A DNA stretch of 52,915 nucleotides from Candidatus Nealsonbacteria bacterium (GTDB lineage: Bacteria > Patescibacteriota > Minisyncoccia > Minisyncoccales > PWPS01), in assembly GCA_003560665.1 (NCBI GenBank), contig PWKK01000028.1, positions 1 to 52,915 on the forward strand. The letters are read 5' to 3'. Below, one piece after another: positions 49,838-52,915 of this stretch; the stretch's first letter is position 1, and each line of letters begins with the position of its first letter. The position numbers and the translations under genes are program-made. Under the pieces are notes generated by a model that searched no databases, was not told the DNA's origin, and was given only the letters and a program-made list of their open reading frames with translations.

Positions 49838-50955
49838 TTTTTAATCGGCATCACTACATAAAGGAAGTCACTCTTTCCCACTGGTTTTATGACACCCGGG
49901 CTGTTTTCATCACTTGCTTCAAATATAATTTCAGAGCTCTTTATGTTATTTAATCCATCTAAAAGAAATCGGTAATTAAAAGAAATATTTAATTCATCGC
50001 CCTCCGCTCTTCCTTTTATTTTCGTTTCGTAATTTCCTAAATCTTTATTATTACTTTTGATTATTACTTCTTCTTCATTGGGAGAAAAAACTAAGTTGAT
50101 CTCATTGACTTTACTTGTAAAAACACTTGCTGCTTTTACCCTATTAAGGAAATCATCTTTATCTAGTATTATTTTTGTTTTTGTTTTTTTAGGAATTATA
50201 CTTTCATAGTCAGGATAATTTCCTTCAATAACTTTAGATGTGAGTTCAATATAAGGCTCATTAGTATCTTCTATTTTAACTCTAAAAAGAATCTGATTTT
50301 CTCCAAAAATAATTTCTACATCCTTGTTTATTTCTTTAAAAATATTAACAACCTCCCTCGCTGTTCTTTGTGGAATAATAAATGAAAAATCATCTTTATT
50401 ATTTTTTTTAAAAGATATCTTTTTTTCTGCTAATCGATAACTATCTGTTGCCACTAATTTTAATTCCTTTTCCTTAAAGGAAAAAAGAATTCCTGATATT
50501 TCCGGCTTTACTTTAGATAAGGATGGAATATCGATAATTTGCAACAAGCTATCACTTAAAAAAGAACTATTAATGATTATTTTTTCTTTTTCCTTTATTT
50601 TAGGGATAATAGGGAACTCTTTGGCACTGATTCCGTTTATCTGTGTTTTGTAATCTTCACAATTTATAAGAAGATTATTGTTTTTAATATTTAAATTTAT
50701 TTTTTTATTAGGGAGGAGATTTATAAAAGAGGAAAAAGAATTATAAGGAACAGTTAACTCACCTTCTTTATCAACTTTTACTGGTGTCCACCATTTTATT
50801 CCTATCTCTAAATCAGTTGCCGATAAATTTAAGAAATTATTATATGTTTTTAAAAGAACATTTTTTAATATCGGGAGGGATGTTGATTTTGAAGAACCTC
50901 TTCCAATAATATTTAAACCTTCCTTTAATTTGTTTTGTAATATATTAATATTCAT
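49834..50955 (-). CDS. dnaN: DNA polymerase III beta clamp
   Basis: LPILKNVL, ATDLEI, VATDSYRLAE, IEGNYPDY, FNYRFLLDGL, YVVMPI; downstream of dnaA. Confidence 0.96.
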   Translation of the reverse strand: MNINILQNKLKEGLNIIGRGSSKSTSLPILKNVLLKTYNNFLNLSATDLEIGIKWWTPVKVDKEGELTVPYNSFSSFINLLPNKKINLNIKNNNLLINCEDYKTQINGISAKEFPIIPKIKEKEKIIINSSFLSDSLLQIIDIPSLSKVKPEISGILFSFKEKELKLVATDSYRLAEKKISFKKNNKDDFSFIIPQRTAREVVNIFKEINKDVEIIFGENQILFRVKIEDTNEPYIELTSKVIEGNYPDYESIIPKKTKTKIILDKDDFLNRVKAASVFTSKVNEINLVFSPNEEEVIIKSNNKDLGNYETKIKGRAEGDELNISFNYRFLLDGLNNIKSSEIIFEASDENSPGVIKPVGKSDFLYVVMPIKN

Positions 50956-51131
50956 ATATTTATATTTATTATGATAATAATAGTTGTTGATAACTTTTAT
51001 TTTAAGTTTAATTAAATGAAGAAAAAAGTCTTCAAAAGGGGTTTAAAAAAGAGGGGAAAATAGAGGTATTTTTTAGGTTATACTTTCTCCAACATTTTTA
51101 CTTTAATTTTTCACACCCTTTTTCACAACTT
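50956..51131. other. oriC candidate: dnaA-dnaN intergenic region with DnaA box, DnaA-trio-like repeats and AT-rich element
   Basis: TTATCAACA (minus, 50993-50985) next to TAA-TAA-TAG (50975-50983) and a stretch that is almost entirely A/T. Confidence 0.7.
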
Positions 51132-52478
51132 TTACACAGACATTAAATTCTCTTTTATGTGTGAAATCTCTTCTTTTATTTCGTTGTTTTTTTGTATTTC
51201 CTTTTCTATTTTTGAATAAGAATAAATAACGGTTGTGTGATCTTTCCCACCTATTTTTTTTGCAATATAAGAATAAGAGTAGTTTAAATCTTTTCTTAAA
51301 AAATAAATAACCACTTGTCTTGATTTCACAACCTCCCTTTTTCGAGAAGAACCCATAACATCTCTTTCACCAACATCATAAAAATCAGTTACTGTTTTTA
51401 AAATTTTATTAAAAGTAAAAGAAACAGTTGATAATTGATTTATATCATCAAATATTTTTTTTGTAGTATTAATATCAATACTTTTTTGTGTTAATTGTTG
51501 TTGGATAATTAATTTATTAAGAATACCTTCTAGTTCACGAATACTTTTTTGTATATTTTCTGCGATATAATAACAGACTTCATCATCAAGGGAAAAGTCT
51601 TTTTCTTGGGCTTTCGTTTTTAAAATCGCAGCCCTTGTTTCTGTATCAGGATAACCGATATCGGCGATCATGCCACCTTCAAACCTTGATCGTAATCTGT
51701 CGGTTAATGCACTGATTGATTTTGGGTGTCTATCAGAAGAAAGAATTATTTGTTTGTTTTTTTCATACAATTCATTAAAGGTGTGAAAGAACTCCTCCTG
51801 TGTTTTCTCTTTTCCTGATAAAAACTGAATATCATCAATAATAAGAACATCTATATCTTTATAGCGATATTTAAACTCATCCATTTTATTATTTCTTATC
51901 GCAGAAATAATTTCCGATATGAATTTTTGAGCAGGGATATAAAAAACTCTCTTCTTCTTTATATTATTCTTAATCTTATTCCCAACAGCCTGTAATAAGT
52001 GTGTTTTTCCTAGTCCGGTTTTACTGTATAAAAAAAGGGGATTATAAATAGACCCCGGGCTATCGGAAACAGCTGATCCGGCAGCGTGAGCAAGTTCATT
52101 AAAAGGACCTATTATAAAATTATCAAAAGTGTATTTAGGATTTAACCCTGTTTGGTGGTCTGTTGCAATCTCCTGAAACTCCATCTGATTGATTATCTTT
52201 TTATCCTCTTTATTTTCTTGGGGGGTTGTTGTGGAATGACTAACAATATAATCTACACTTTTAATACTTTTATTTAGATCTTTTAAAGATTTTAAAATTA
52301 TTTTATGATATTTACTCTGAATCCACTCTTTCACGAAAGCGTTAGGAACCGCAACAACAGCTTTATCTCTCTTAAGAGTGGAGATGTTTGTTTCCTTAAA
52401 CCAGGTATTAAAATTTGCCTCGGAAATATCTAACTGAATTTGAGCAAGAGCCGTTCTCCAAAGATTTTCTTTTTTCAT
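51132..52478 (-). CDS. dnaA: chromosomal replication initiator DnaA
   Basis: LNPKYTFDNFIIG, NPLFLY..TGLGKTHLL, LIIDDIQF, RSRFEGG, RELEG, domain IV GGKDHTTVIY. Confidence 0.97.
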   Translation of the reverse strand: MKKENLWRTALAQIQLDISEANFNTWFKETNISTLKRDKAVVAVPNAFVKEWIQSKYHKIILKSLKDLNKSIKSVDYIVSHSTTTPQENKEDKKIINQMEFQEIATDHQTGLNPKYTFDNFIIGPFNELAHAAGSAVSDSPGSIYNPLFLYSKTGLGKTHLLQAVGNKIKNNIKKKRVFYIPAQKFISEIISAIRNNKMDEFKYRYKDIDVLIIDDIQFLSGKEKTQEEFFHTFNELYEKNKQIILSSDRHPKSISALTDRLRSRFEGGMIADIGYPDTETRAAILKTKAQEKDFSLDDEVCYYIAENIQKSIRELEGILNKLIIQQQLTQKSIDINTTKKIFDDINQLSTVSFTFNKILKTVTDFYDVGERDVMGSSRKREVVKSRQVVIYFLRKDLNYSYSYIAKKIGGKDHTTVIYSYSKIEKEIQKNNEIKEEISHIKENLMSV

Positions 52479-52525
52479 AAAATAAATAAATTATATCAAA
52501 GGCAGTATAGCATATAGAAGGAAAT

Positions 52526-52584
52526 TGGGGAAAACCCCATAAAGATGAGGAAAAGAGAAAAACCTGTGGAAAACCTGTGGAAAA
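52526..52584. repeat. four co-oriented DnaA-box-like 9-mers upstream of dnaA
   Basis: TGGGGAAAA 52526, TGAGGAAAA 52546, TGTGGAAAA 52565 and 52576 (reverse complement TTTTCCNCA vs consensus TTATCCACA). Confidence 0.65.
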
Positions 52585-52655
52585 TAAATTGTTTTTTTAT
52601 TGAGATCTAGTATAATGAAAACGTCTTCTTATTGTAAATAATAATTTTAAAAAAT

Positions 52656-52915
52656 ATGGACAAGAAAAAATACATTACTCTTGGAGTTACCATAATTTTC
52701 TTATTCTCGCTTTTTATTTATTTCACAGTAAGAGAAGAAATAGATTTAGATAAGGAAGAAGTTGTTTCAGAGGAAAGAAGGGAAGAATTGGAGGAAATGA
52801 AGGACAAAGATTTTTACAAAGATCCTCTCTTGGACCATCTTGGATGGACAAAAAAAGAGTTGATTGAAAGACATGGAGAACCGGACATAGTCGAACCTCA
52901 CTATTACGGCGAAGA
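52656..52915 (+). CDS. partial membrane-anchored hypothetical protein (runs off window)
   Basis: ATG 52656, MDKKKYITLGVTIIFLFSLFIYF TM, open to the window end (LGWTKKELIERHGEPD); TATAAT at 52611. Confidence 0.7.
   Translation, partial: MDKKKYITLGVTIIFLFSLFIYFTVREEIDLDKEEVVSEERREELEEMKDKDFYKDPLLDHLGWTKKELIERHGEPDIVEPHYYGE

Overview
The window is core chromosome of a small-genome bacterium. Gene content and style point to Patescibacteria/CPR, probably Parcubacteria-like (inference from short AspRS/IF2/S1, VirB2-like pilin triplet, scattered type IV pilus genes and output-less receivers); genetic code 11. It holds housekeeping genes (rpoD, dnaG, rny, clpP, nusA, rodA, ligA, aspS, recG, tsaD/E, gyrA, rpsA, ftsH, infB, ruvB/C, PBP1A, dnaN, dnaA), 21 tRNA genes including rare Ile(UAU) and Arg(GCG), and a probable bipartite oriC around dnaA at the right end. 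The standout is a tightly coupled, entirely cytoplasmic signalling cassette at 5414-11033. It has four tandem diverged V4R/H-NOX-fold proteins with a Cys-Glu-Cys-His putative Zn site, a stand-alone PAS/coiled-coil protein paralogous to the kinase N-terminus, a PAS-PAS histidine kinase and two receiver-only proteins, and sits between an isolated PolA 5'-3' exonuclease domain and mutM. A ~205-nt structured RNA (6S-like candidate) precedes rny. No CRISPR array, integrase, transposase or rRNA was seen. All calls are from manual motif recognition; no database searches were run.
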